This document shows, one piece after another, positions 29,901 to 43,566 of a DNA stretch of 64,000 nucleotides (the stretch's first letter is position 1; every line of letters starts with the position of its first letter). Made by a program: the position numbers and the translations under genes. A model generated the notes under the pieces. That model did no database searches. It saw only the letters and a program-made list of their open reading frames with translations, and was not told where the DNA came from. Origin of the DNA: Ancylonema sp. (lineage: Eukaryota); assembly GCA_050230475.1 (NCBI GenBank), contig JBFLGF010000017.1:62001-126000 (forward strand), read 5' to 3'.

Positions 29901-31210
29901 ACTTGTAGTTCCACTTGGCCTGCCGCATCCGTTGCCCGCTGATGAGATTCAGGCGCATCCCAGGGATGTACACGCAATTGTGTAGAGTGATGCCGCCACA
30001 TTCTCCATGTGTCTGCAGGTGGACAGTCCCCCACTGTTTCACCTGGACCGTACCCTGGAGTTGGTTGAGCACCAGTTCGTGCGGAATATCCTCGACGGTC
30101 GAGAAGTGGCTGATGTTGCCGGCTGTGTGGTCACTGCCCCCCCCGTCAATCAGAAATTCTGGATTGCCGTCCAGATCCCCAACGCACGCTTCGCCAAGAC
30201 AGATTTCGCCATGAGCGAGACCCAGGTCCTCGAATTCTCCGACCAGGGCGCTTTTTTGTTTTCCGGCAACACGTCGTCCAGGCGGCACCCCATTCTTTTT
30301 GTCGTAGCAACACCGGGCATTGTGGCCGATGGCCTCGCAGTGATTGCAGATTTGTCCCTTGTCAGGGCAGTCTCTGCTGATGTGACCGGAGATCCCACAC
30401 GAGTAACACGTGATTGTGCCCCCGCGACCACCGCCTGCCCCTCGACCAGATCCGCTTCCTTCCCCGCGTCCTCCTCCACCGACACGGCCGCCTCCCCCAT
30501 AATTACCCTTCCCGGCAGCTCGGTTCCACTTCGCATAGTTGACCTCCGCGACTAGCGCTTCGGCCTTGGCTGTTTTTTTCTCCTGAGCATCCTCGAGCTC
30601 GTTGCGACTGAGCTGACCCCAGATCCAGCTCAAGCCAAGTGGCTCAACCTGCGAGAAGTATGTCGCCTTGATTCCGTACTCCTTGCGCGGCCATCCCCGC
30701 AAAGAGCGCCATGACCTTGCCTCTTCGCTGATGACTTGACCAACCGGCAACTGGTATTCCAGGGCCTCTATGATAGCCGTGAACTCATCCCTAGTGTCCC
30801 GTACACTCTTAGATTCGTCGATTCTGAACGAGTTTAGCTTTTGCTCGGCCAGTTGCCTAAGCTCAGGCGAGACTTGATCATAATCCCGAATCAGCTTGTC
30901 CCACATCCCCTTTGGGTCCCGATCCTTCCTGTATTTTTCTAGACCGCGCGCGATGTTGTTGCTCACGAGCGACATGATGAGCATGACCGCGCGCTTGCAT
31001 TTTTTCCGGTACAATTTTAGGTCCTCCGTGTAGTCTTCCACTTCCTCATAATTTGTGAGATTAAGATCTGAATCTCGTTTAGACAATACCACCTCGGGCT
31101 CCAACTCAGTCCCCTCACATACTTCAAGACAATCCTCATTATCTAAAATTGCGCATGTTTTCGACCGCCATGCCTGAAATAGCACGCGGTCCCCATCCAA
31201 GATCGTATAT

Positions 31211-31225
31211 CTTGCTCTGATACCA
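31211..31225 (-). promoter_or_regulatory. Primer-binding site for initiator tRNA-Met
   Basis: TGGTATCAGAGCAAG on the - strand, immediately inside the 5' LTR. Confidence 0.92.
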
Positions 31226-31226
31226 C

Positions 31227-31551
31227 TGTGAGTGTTACCATCATCCATGATGCCCTCTTTACACCAATAGCTTCAATCTTCAGAATCAAACTTATTCACG
31301 ACATGCCATACAAGAGGGTCGAGTCTTGATTGCAAAGAGTCCGATTGATTATTATGGCGGCCGCAACTTGGCCTAAGTAAACATGGCCTTGTTTTGGATG
31401 TATTGTTCTAACGAATACTTACTAAAATATATAGCAAGAAGGCATGTTGCCACAAAATCGATATTCGATATTCGATATTCGATATTCGATATTCGAATAT
31501 TCTATATAACGAATATTCACAATTCAACAAAGTTTTTAGCCAATTCTCACA
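31227..31551 (-). repeat. Copia 5' LTR (325 bp, TGTGAG...CTCACA), containing an (ATATTCG)n array
   Basis: 31227-31369 is nearly identical to 26818-26960. Confidence 0.9.
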
Positions 31552-33506
31552 AGGGGCAGTCCTGGGGCAGAAGGACGAGCGGGGGCTGGACTATGGTGGC
31601 TTATGCTAGCAGAAGTAGCAACCCAGCTGAGAAGAACTATTCTAGCTTTGATGGCGAGTGCTTGGCTGCAGTGTGGGAGACTTCACATTTCAGGCAGTAC
31701 CTGATCGGAAACCAGTTCACACTAGTGACCGACCATGAGCCAATCAAGTGGATCCTGTCGACAGAGAAGTTGTCTGAGAAGTTGGCAAGGTGGGCTTTGC
31801 TGTTGCAAGAGTTCGACTTCAAGGTGGAGCATAGGGCAGGTGCAGAGAACGGCAACGCAGATTATCTGTCCAGGTTTCCCATGGATTCCATGGGAGGACC
31901 TGAGGTACCCGACTGGAATCGGGGCGACATCACTTTTCGTCCCGAGACTCTTTCGGCCATGATGGCACTAGGAGTGGGGGAAGAGGAGAAGGTGGATGAG
32001 ACCACTGAGGCAGCATCAAGAGAGGTGTGGGTTGACAAGCATTTTCTCGAGTACCTGCAAGCTGGCAAGCACAGTGAGGAGTGGGATGCTCTGGAGAGAG
32101 ATCGGGTGTACCGGAGGGGGACCAAGTACAGGTGGCTGGGAACCAACCTGTACAAGGTGGGAGAGAAAGGGAGGATGCTAGTGATCCCAAGACCGCAGGA
32201 GCGGGAGGGGCTGGTGAAGAAAGTGCACGAGGAGATGGGGCACTTTGGGGTCATGAGGGTAGCAGACCTGCTGGGGAAGACCTACTGGTGGAAAGGCATG
32301 GTGGAGATGGTGGCGAAAGTGGTGAAGGAGTGTATGAGCTGCGCTCGGGGCAAGGCCGCTTTCAGAGAGTCTGGGAAGAACCTTCAGCCGCTTCCCATCA
32401 AGGGACCTATGTATAGGTGGGGGGTAGACTTTGCAGGGCCAATGGAGGAGACGGAGAGGGGAACAAATATGTGCTGATGTGTTGCATAGAGCATTTCACC
32501 AAGTGGGTGGAAACTCATCCCAACAACCTCCAAGAAGGCCGCAAGAGGTGGCATACCAGTTCAAGTCTCAAATCTTGTCCCGGTATGGCGCACCAGGGGA
32601 GGTGATCACAGATCAGGGTAAAGTGAGTTTCGAGGAGAGTTCGAGACCTCTACTTGCATGCCATGAGATTACTCACAGAACTGTAGCGAGGGACCACCCG
32701 CAGTCAGATGGACTGGCGGAGAGGCTGGTGCAAACAATGAAGAAAGCACTCAGGAAGTTGTTTGCTCGAGGGAGGTGGGGAGTAGTGGGATGGACTATGA
32801 TGCCTTACGTAGCTATGGGCTACAGGCTATCCAAGCAGAAGTCTCTGGGCCACTCGCCATACTTCATACTTTTTGGAAGGGAGCCGATCTTTCAGGCTCG
32901 GATCCAAAACGAGGAGGAAAGAGTCTTTGATGAGACTCAAGGGGTGGAGGCCATGAAAGTGTTCCTAGATAGGAGGGGTCACATCTTTCAGGAAGTTCTG
33001 CCACTGGCATTCAGGAACCTGGCGATTGCCCATCAGAGGGATGTGGAGAGATACAAGCTAGTACGTGGAGGAGGGTGGGATAGGCCAAAGGCGAAGTTCA
33101 AAGTTGGAGACTTTCTGTTGCTGAAGCGGCCAACGGCTAGCTCCTTGGAGGTCAACATGAGGCCACACATCTTGAGGATAGTGGAGCTTAGGGACTCAGG
33201 GATAGCAGTTCTTGGGGGTAGAGATGGGACGAAAATGTTGGAGCAGGTGAAGCACATTGCTCACTGCACTGTACCGGTGGGAGACAAGAGAGTATACCCG
33301 GAGTTGTATGATCGCGGGGAGACAGCACATTGCCGGGTGTGTGGGTTGCGGTCCTACCCAAAGCGGATGGTGCTGTGCGACAAGTGTAACCAAGGGTATC
33401 ACACGTGGTGCTTAACACCACCCCTGGTAGGAGTGCGGGAGGGAAGCTCGACTTGTCCTCGACACTAGGTGAGCTACTTACTTCAGAGTGAAGTAGTCAC
33501 AAAAGA

Positions 33507-33842
33507 CTCCACATCGGAACCATGCAATGTAACACCGGAACCATTGCATGAAAGAGCATTAAACCTCACATCGGAACCATGCAATGAAACATCGGACACA
33601 TTGCATGAGAGGGATATGATGATAATGGTGTTCCATATCACAGATATGCAATGGATTGGATGATGCCTTTGCCGGAGGTATCTAGGACCTCCATGAGGGG
33701 CATGAAGACCTCCATGAGGGGTAAGTGCAATGGATTGGCATGTGCCTTTGCCGGAGGCATTGAAGACCTCCATGAGGGGCGATTATGCAATGGATTGGCT
33801 GATGCCTTTGCCGGAGGCATTGAAGACCTCTATAAGGGGCAA
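33507..33842. repeat. Two adjacent minisatellites: an ~57-bp unit x2 (CACATCGGAACCATGCAATG...) and an ~60-bp unit x3 (TGCAATGGATTGGCTGATGCCTTTGCCGGAGGCATTGAAGACCTCCATGAGGGGC)
   Basis: Directly visible imperfect tandem repeats. Confidence 0.85.
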
Positions 33843-35719
33843 TAATCAACTTTCTGCAGGAAGTGTGATTGGTCAACTTCTATGAGAAGTTTGACACTAA
33901 CCTAACCTCAATTCACTAATAAAAAACATCATTCAGAAGTGAGAGGAGGTTGGCGCATGAGGCGGGAGGCTCATCAAGTTTGAGGCTTAGAGACCAAAGG
34001 TGGATCCTTTGATGGTAACACACTAAACTTGCGGGAACTTGTCTTGTTTGGGTGTGGGTTGACCAACTCCTCTGGATAAGTGTGAACCCACCAATATCTT
34101 GGAGGAGTAGGTGTTCTTGGCAACCATTGCAACAACGTGGATACAAATAAGCAGGGTATGAGTAAACCCATCAGAAGAAAGTCCCGAACAACAGCATTGT
34201 GTATGAAATTGTGTATGAAATTCGGACATTACATGATATATATTCAGATCTGGATCTGAATCTGAATATACAATTTAAGGGCCGTAGATATAGATAATAT
34301 TTTTTACAGGATGACCAGATCATGATAAACATGATCATACTGAATACTATTCACTTCGTGTTGTAGTTACGAACAACTATAAAAAAAAGTGGCGCAGGTG
34401 GGTGTATAGTACCTTATTCACGAGATGACACCGATAAGGAATGAAAGCTTCGGCAACGACGTCGACAGGAAGCTTCGACTGTTGAGCTTCGTGGAAGAAC
34501 GTGGATACCAATAAACAGCGGATCAGAAAATCGAAAAGAAAAGAGCATCGTTAACCCACAAGTAACAGAATCGATGCCACTTTGACAATGAAAGAACAAA
34601 GATACACCGATCCATTCCGTCTTTCTGAGCTCACATTTCATGTTGCATTTGGTATGCCATTACGCACAGTGTCATCAAATGAGCATTACGTACCTTACTT
34701 GTGTATGACACCCAGGGTCCGTGACGACGTTTGCTGCGAAGCAGCGCAGAGGCACTAGAGAGAAAGGGAAATGGCTGAGCTGGAAGTGGCTGCCTTCATG
34801 AAGAGGCTGCCTTACGCAGACGTGGCGCCAAAATCTATCGTCTGGAGGATATGGCACTATTTTGCCCATTCACCGCTTGGCGCGAGGGCACGCAAAGGAT
34901 ACGGGCCACGTCGTCGTCTGTCCACATCAAATGTTCTGACAACGGGCCAGCACACGCATACGCCAATTTCTCCGGACAAAGATATGATTGCCCAACCGTG
35001 GTTCACAATCGAAATCCACCCGCGTCCATCAGACTACATTTGCCGTTCCATTTAAAAAAAAAATTATTTAATATGAACAAAACCCCTTCGAAATCGGTGA
35101 TTTCCGATTAATACCCGCCTTATTTTATAGACGGGACAACTTGTCCCGTTTCTTTGTCAACGACCGGTCAACGTTCTGATTTCCCCGCAGAAAAACGGGA
35201 CACGACGCTCTATTTTGTCGCGATGCGAGAGCTTCGCGTCGCAACTCGTGCGGCCGTCCCAGGTGGGTTTCAAGCTGTCCCGATTAATAGTAAACCAGTA
35301 ATAGTTTTACTACGAATCCCGAAGGTGTGGTAGGGCTCGCAACTTACGGCTGGAGCTACTCAAAGCTCATGGCAATCTACAAATTGAGGTTGGGCCCTCC
35401 CTTTCTCCCTCGCTCTCTCTTTGTGTGAAATTGGAAGATGACTGCCTCAACCTAGCGACGACCAGAAAACATGATTCAAAAGGCTGCAATGAATGCTGTA
35501 CTGGAATTTTTCCTTCTCTTGCCGTTCCGTTACTTTCCTCCGTAACCGACTGATAGACCGCGAACCTTCTTTAAAAATCCAGCAGCAATTTGTTCTCGTG
35601 ACACTCGTTCTCGTTCAGCTGTATCTTTGAACAGTATCGGCGATGCCCAACCTGTCTCCCACCTCTGGGCACTGGCCGTCGTCGTTTGCTGAAGTGGACA
35701 CCATGGGAGATTGGCAGCA

Positions 35720-37970
<2,251 letters not shown>

Positions 37971-38417
37971 CATGTAGCCCACACCAATGCTTACGCGGGT
38001 GTTGTCTAGAATGAGTACGAAGGATTATCATAAATTGTGTCTAGGGAGGTGCTTAGAGGAATGACAAGAACTCGTTGAGAAACAAACTAGTGAATCTCCT
38101 GATTAGGAATTGAAATGAATCGATAGGTAGATCTAATATGTTTGCTAGTCGATCATAAGTCAAAGCCCTCAATTCATGGAGTTCTCAGATTATACTGTAT
38201 TTGCACCAAAACGCACAAGATTTGAAGTAATGGTAGTTGTTTTCCTTTGAGGTATTGTGGTAGCTTTTGATAAACTTGATTGTTGAAGTCATTGGCTTTG
38301 AGCTTTGTAAATATCCACGCTTGGGAAATAATGTGTTGGTTAGTTTCGCGTTTGTCCAACACAAATTATTGACTTTATGATGTAGTCATTGTCTCGCAAG
38401 GTGAATATCATATCACA

Positions 38418-38652
38418 CATAGTTCCGTCCCGGACTGTCTGGGGATCTTCGGACGCGTCCGGGCCCGGACGCCTCAGCCAAAATCTGATATCCATGTTTT
38501 AGAAATCCCCATATTCGTGTGACTTCCGAATGTTTTTTTTTTTTTTTTTGCATCTTAGGTGCGTCCCGGACCGTCCGGGGATCTCCGGACGCATCTGGGG
38601 CCGGTCGTCTCCCAGACGCGTCCGGGATCCTCGTGTCCGGGACGCAACTATG
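38418..38652. mobile_element. hAT-type MITE
   Basis: TIR CATAGTTCCGTCCCGGAC / GTCCGGGACGCAACTATG; 8-bp TSD ATATCACA/ATATGACA; internal CCGGAC repeats. Confidence 0.85.
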
Positions 38653-38727
38653 ATATGACATACTTTGAGTGCAATTAGTTTGTGTTCTTTCGGTTCTCTC
38701 GGTTCTATCGGTTCTCTTGGTTCCCGT

Positions 38728-38968
38728 CATAGTCGGGCCCGATCCCAGCGGGGATTCACCAATCCGGCGCCGGACTCAATTTGGACCCAATCCGGCTTCT
38801 ATCCGGATCGGAGGAAAATTGAGAACTCCAAATCTATTGCACTATTCATTACAATATATTCACAGGAATACATTGTCCTGATCGGGATCCCTCGGATCCG
38901 GCGCCGATCTGGATCGATTCCGATCCGGCTCCGATCCGGGCCAGGGTTCGGGATCGGGCCCAATTACG
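38728..38968. mobile_element. hAT-type MITE, second family
   Basis: TIR CATAGTCGGGCCCGATCCC / GGGATCGGGCCCAATTACG; 8-bp TSD GTTCCCGT/GTTCTCGT; internal ATCCGG repeats. Confidence 0.82.
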
Positions 38969-39084
38969 GTTCTCGTTGTGATTCAAATTGTCCACCAGGA
39001 ACTGCAACAGTAAGACTGAACACATGCACATTATGTGCCACTATTTGGTGCTAAAAGAAAATCAATGCAATCCCAAAGACTATC

Positions 39085-42072
39085 TCAATCTTCTTTATTG
39101 CAACTCGCCCTCTCAACCTCACATTCCCAATCATCCGACCATTGTCTCCAATTACTAAACAAGGCAATGGCCACGAGGTGTAAAAACCCGTATGTGGTCA
39201 TCAACGCCGGGTGCAAATAAGGGTACCTATCCGGAGGCTTTATGACTACAGCCGCTATATGCAATCCAACCGCCCCTACAACGGACCCTACCAAGACTAC
39301 CCTCTCCGACCTTTCCCATAATCGCCACACTCGACTCCATACATCTCCCACTTCTCCCCTACCGACACCTGGCTCATGCACAGACCCCTCCCTATGATTC
39401 TGTCTAGAATGCTGACTGGGACGCTGACTAGACTCCTCTTGATGCGATCCAACCCTCCGTTTTGCATCCTCCTGACCGCCTGGGATCCCGAAAATGAGAA
39501 AGAAGAGTATTTGCAGCGCCACATACGGAACAGCCAGCCCGTCTCTTGCCAGCAGCGGGAAGCAGGTGAAGGTTGCGAGGGGGGCCATCCACCTGTGCAG
39601 GTTGGGGTGGTGGAGGGCCAGGAGGGCGGCGGGGTGGAGGGGGAGGAGGATAGACTTCTCGTGGACTTGGAAGGAGAAGAGGAAGAAGGCGAGGGAAGAG
39701 TTGAGCATCCCAAAAAGCAGGCCCCTGTGAGACGGCCTCCTGATCTGCTGCCACATGGCGGGCAGGAGAGCTGCCACGGTGGCGGCTAGTGACAGCCTGG
39801 CGAGTTGGGCCAATGGGAGCAACCGCTTCCACTTGACGAGGGGTGACGTGGCGCACCAGAAATTGGCCACGTGGTCCTCGTAGAGACCGCGTGATAGGGG
39901 CAGGAGGCGGGTGAGGACGAGCAGAGAGGAGTCTGGGGAGGGGGAGAGCAGGAAGGGCGACCAGCATAGTGCCATGGTGGCGATAACCGTGAGGCCAAGA
40001 CGGGTAACGCCCCAAAGGGGGCGAGGACGCTTCAGGCAGCGGCCCAGAAGGTGGGCGAAAAAGGCAGGGGCGTAGTATAGGCTCATCTGTGTACAAGCAC
40101 ATGGACATGGACGGTTCTACACGTGTATGTATGTGTGTATGTGTGTATGTATGTGTGTATGTATGTGTGTGTGTGTGTACAGGTTGTGAACATATTACAC
40201 ATATGATTCCAATATATTATATTATGCGATGTGATCATGATGCGATAAGTTGGTCAGAAATCGAGTTCACGTGGTACTTACAACCCATGCACAGGTGTGT
40301 ATGCCTCACTTTTGTACAGATCTTTGAAAACTTACCGATACGCCAGCGGTCATACGGACCTATCCGTGCGTGCCAGCTGTCCCTTTCCTCACCTGCTTGT
40401 GGTTGAGCGAAAGCGTGAACAGCACCGATCCCACCACTTCCCAACCCCCAACCACCGCGGCTGCTGCTCCCAGCGCCAACCCCAGACTGATGCAGTTGTA
40501 CTGCAAACAGGCAGCGCAAAGCCCCGCTTAACCCCATGCGCCCAGGAAACTTCCAGGAAGGCGCGACGAGAAGTACCTGAAAGTGTCCGTGGTCGATGAG
40601 GATGGCGGTTGGGTTCAGGAGGATGGCTGCCAGCGCCAAGACCTGATACCCGCCCGGTTCTCGAAAGTAGTACACTGCCACGAGGGCAAGGGCGGACGGG
40701 AAGAAGACGAGAAGGTCGGAGGAAAGAACTGTCCAGCGCATCAGTGTCTTGCTGCAAGGGGACGAATCAGGGCCCGCCGCGTGTCACTTCTTCGTCTTCT
40801 CTTTTCGTTTTCTTTTGTTCGTCCCAAAGAAAGTGACGATTCCGGGACGGGATAAACAAGCAAAGTTTACACAGCCATTAATTTACACGCCAGAATTCGG
40901 GTGAAAACTTGGATTGGGCGGAGAAACCGCCTAGAACACAGGATACTGGCTTACACAGTATCAGCATACAGTACAACCTGTCTAAAGGAATAACCTCTAT
41001 AAAGGAATACATAATTCTGGTCCCAAAACCGGAATTTGTTAGGATCCGTTCCTGTCTAAGTGAATAACCTCTCTAAAGGAATACGTTTCCCCGGTCCCGA
41101 CAGTGTTCCTTTAAACAGGTTTTACTGTAGTAAGGTGGTACTTCACCTCTTTGCAGTTTCATACCCCCTGGAGGTCTCCAAGGCCACCGCTTCAGGATCC
41201 AGATAATGCAACACCCAGCCGTGCAGAAGGCTCTGGTAGGCGGTGAGGGGCGGGTAGTCTAGCCCCCAGTACTGCAGCGGGTTGGTTGGCGTCTCCCTGT
41301 ACCAGTCGATAACCGGAGTGTGGACGGTGATCTCCATCCAGTGACGCTGGGCCTCGTAGTCACCAAAGAGGGGCGGAGTGTGTTCTCCTAGGAAGAGGAG
41401 GAGGAGGAGACAGCTGGCAGTTTCAGGGGAGGAGCCGAGGTGACAGGTCAGACAGTAGATGGAGGCAAGATGCCTGGGATTGGTGCGCAGTTGAGGTGGC
41501 AGGAGGGTGAGGCAAGAGCTGGTTGGAGAAAGGCAGCGCATTTTTTTTAAAGGTGACGGGAGAGAAGGAAGAGAAGGAATAATGGGTGAAGGGTCTGAGG
41601 CCTCTCGCGAGGAAAGGAAGGGGTAATTATTAAGTACTTGTGAATTAAACTAACGGGGAGAACGAAAGTTGATGCAGATGTCTGAAGCTGTTCCAAATAT
41701 GGCGGAAGATTCAAGTTGACATGAAAAATAAACAGAAGCTAGAAGATACTGTCTTCGACATTGTAATTACACCATACTGATGGTTTATATACCATAATTC
41801 TGGTTCTGTCAATGCTTGTGCATTTTGATATCGGCAAATATCAGTACAACAGAGGTACGAAACGGGTGATACGATAAATAGCACGCCTTCATCTCGTGAA
41901 TGTTCGGAGGTGGCCCTTGCGTACTACTCACAAATTATGTTCACCCAATTTACTGACCGGAATACGAGTGGAGTCCGACTGCTAGTCGAAGGAATATGGC
42001 CACTCCACAAACGAACATAAATCCATGCTTTTTCTTCGCAAGCATCACGCACAGGTCGGGAAAGAGAGCCAT
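39085..42072 (-). CDS. ALG6: Dolichyl-P-Glc:Man9GlcNAc2-PP-dolichol alpha-1,3-glucosyltransferase. Exons: 41958-42072, 41147-41387, 40577-40751, 40393-40500, 39085-40086
   Basis: [88 protein letters not shown] and [13 protein letters not shown]. Introns are GT-AG. Confidence 0.96.
40969..41127. mobile_element. pogo-like MITE in ALG6 intron 2
   Basis: TIR CAGTACAACCTGTCTAAAGGAA / TTCCTTTAAACAGGTTTTACTG with TA on both sides. Confidence 0.82.
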
Positions 42073-42241
42073 TAGGAGTTCCACACCCTCTAGAGCTCAG
42101 CTCTTGTTTCGGGATCTCACCTCTCTCTTTCTCTTTCTCCGCCCACGCGCGGAGAATCTCTCGCTCGCTTTCGCTTGCGAGCCGTACCGCTTGCAGGCGC
42201 CGCCTGGCCGCTCGTTACCGGGCGCGCTGTGTTTCGGGATT

Positions 42242-42521
42242 GGGAGTCGATTTGGGGGCACCCCCCAAAGCGACTGCGGGCACCCCCTCCGACAGCCCGA
42301 AACTCCATTTTGTTTACTCTACACTGATCGGGTAAAAAATATATAAAAAACGCTAATATTTACTTCGTAATCTCCTTTACATTGAACATAAAAAATAATT
42401 TAAATATCGAAAAAAGTATGGAAGTCACGATTTTTTGAACTTACCACTTTTTGATGGAAAGACTGCGGGCCACTCGGAGGGGGGTGCCCGAAGTCGCTTT
42501 GGGGGGTGCCCGCAGTCTCCC
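42242..42521. mobile_element. Mutator-like MITE upstream of ALG6 (same family as 9011-13576)
   Basis: Long imperfect TIRs (GGGCACCCCCCAAAGCGACTGCGGGCACCCCCTCCGA and its reverse complement) around an AT-rich core. Confidence 0.8.
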
Positions 42522-43566
42522 TTTCAAGACAGCATAGCTTCTACTAGAAGCCTAGAAGCCTTCTATGCGTTTTATGATATTCAAGGAAAAATAAAGGTTT
42601 CATGTAGATGGATGGGACTATAAAGTTGATATTAGCACTTTTTATTCTTTTTTTTTTCGATTAATATGGATTTTTAACAGCTAAACACATAACCCTAAAA
42701 AAGCTTGACGCACGCCACGTCAACATTTCCGCTCGTGCTCTGCCCGCGGGCGGTGCCGCTCGCGGGCGCCGCTCGGTGGAGATTTTGACGAGCGTGTACA
42801 TCCATGGTCTGGAGTGAATTCAAATTTTCCGCCTGATTTAAAGTTTTCAACCACAACATGACGTGAATTAAGAAAGAAATCCGGTTCTCAATTTCTAGTT
42901 TTTACGATTGAGGTCTATGTGCACCAGACGGGTCTTGCGCCACGCGCACGGCGGCCCCCAACGACTATGGTGTGATTAAAACCGGCGGCCCAAAATATCT
43001 TCGGTTGCGTCGCGCATAAATCAAGATTCAGTCGAATACAACAACCTTATCCCTAATACTTCTTGCAGTGTCCCTTAAAAATCCATTTCCTTCTATTACA
43101 AACATAGACTAGTCAGGGACATTATTTGTTATAACGATTTTTTCATTTAGTGCGTGTAAGAAACCTTACGAAATGTTTTATAAAATGAGTTTTGGACACC
43201 TGGATCAATGTTCTCATATTTGAGAGTGATGTAAGATTTTTTGTATATGTACATTGTAAAGTCTAAAAGTTTGACCGTTGAGTTTTTAGGCCGTAATTTG
43301 GTTCTCGAAACTGGTTTGGTTGAATTGGAGGACCGTGGTCGCGGACTGGGTTTCGATACCATGTTAGGTCCTAAATTGGTTTGTTGATTTTTGACTGCAG
43401 CTAGTTTGCCCGTATTTTGGTTTTGACTTTTGACTTTGGGATTGGATTTGTTCCGTCCGTGTGGTTTGACAGGATTGGTTTAAATATGTTGACCAGAGGA
43501 TCTAGTGTCCCTCCCCCTCAGAGTTGAGGTTGGTAAATACCTTTGTTCCGAGGTGAGGGTTGATCC

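Larger units (their letters stand above)
26818..31551 (-). mobile_element. Ty1/Copia LTR retrotransposon, degenerate, with a 3' deletion
   Basis: Gag with CCHC knuckles (CYSCGISGHISRDC), protease IDGGGSDH, GAG-pre-integrase LHVRLGH, integrase VDLAGP and TPQGNGITER, RT HQMDVTTAFL, LYGLKQSPR and LYVDD, RNase H. Termini are TG...CA; TSD GGGGG/AGGGG (1 mismatch). Confidence 0.95.
26125..33468 (+). mobile_element. Ty3/Gypsy pol fragment (RT-RNase H-integrase-PHD finger), degenerate, no LTRs seen, interrupted by Copia at 26818-31551
   Basis: IFSKLDLRS, PFGLKN, CYIDDIIVWS, HPGKC, FLGH and LATDWSQKGMG|AVLG; AYASRS..EKNYSSFDGECLA; HEEMGHFG..CMSC; WGVDFAGP, ITDQG and HPQSDGLAER; C-terminal CRVC..LCDKCNQGYHTWCL..TCPRH. 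Confidence 0.92.
23097..35298. mobile_element. 12.2-kb TIR DNA transposon carrying a Myb/SANT-like gene and nested LTR elements
   Basis: 25-bp TIRs CTGGTTTACTATTCATTGGGACAGC (23097-23121) and GCTGTCCCGATTAATAGTAAACCAG (35274-35298), with 2 mismatches and TA on both sides. Many GGGACA/TGTCCC subterminal repeats lie at 23.1-23.55 kb and 35.13-35.28 kb. Confidence 0.75.

Noticed and set aside
31383..31590. N-terminus of the 364-aa ORF (MALFWMY...IFDIRYSIFDIR)
   Set aside because: It is chance read-through from the antisense Copia LTR into the Gypsy RNase H frame, not a real fusion protein.
33640..33845. CRISPR-like appearance of spaced palindromic repeats (also at 59391-59510)
   Set aside because: Eukaryotic context, no cas genes, and the units are tandem or too few, without regular unique spacers.
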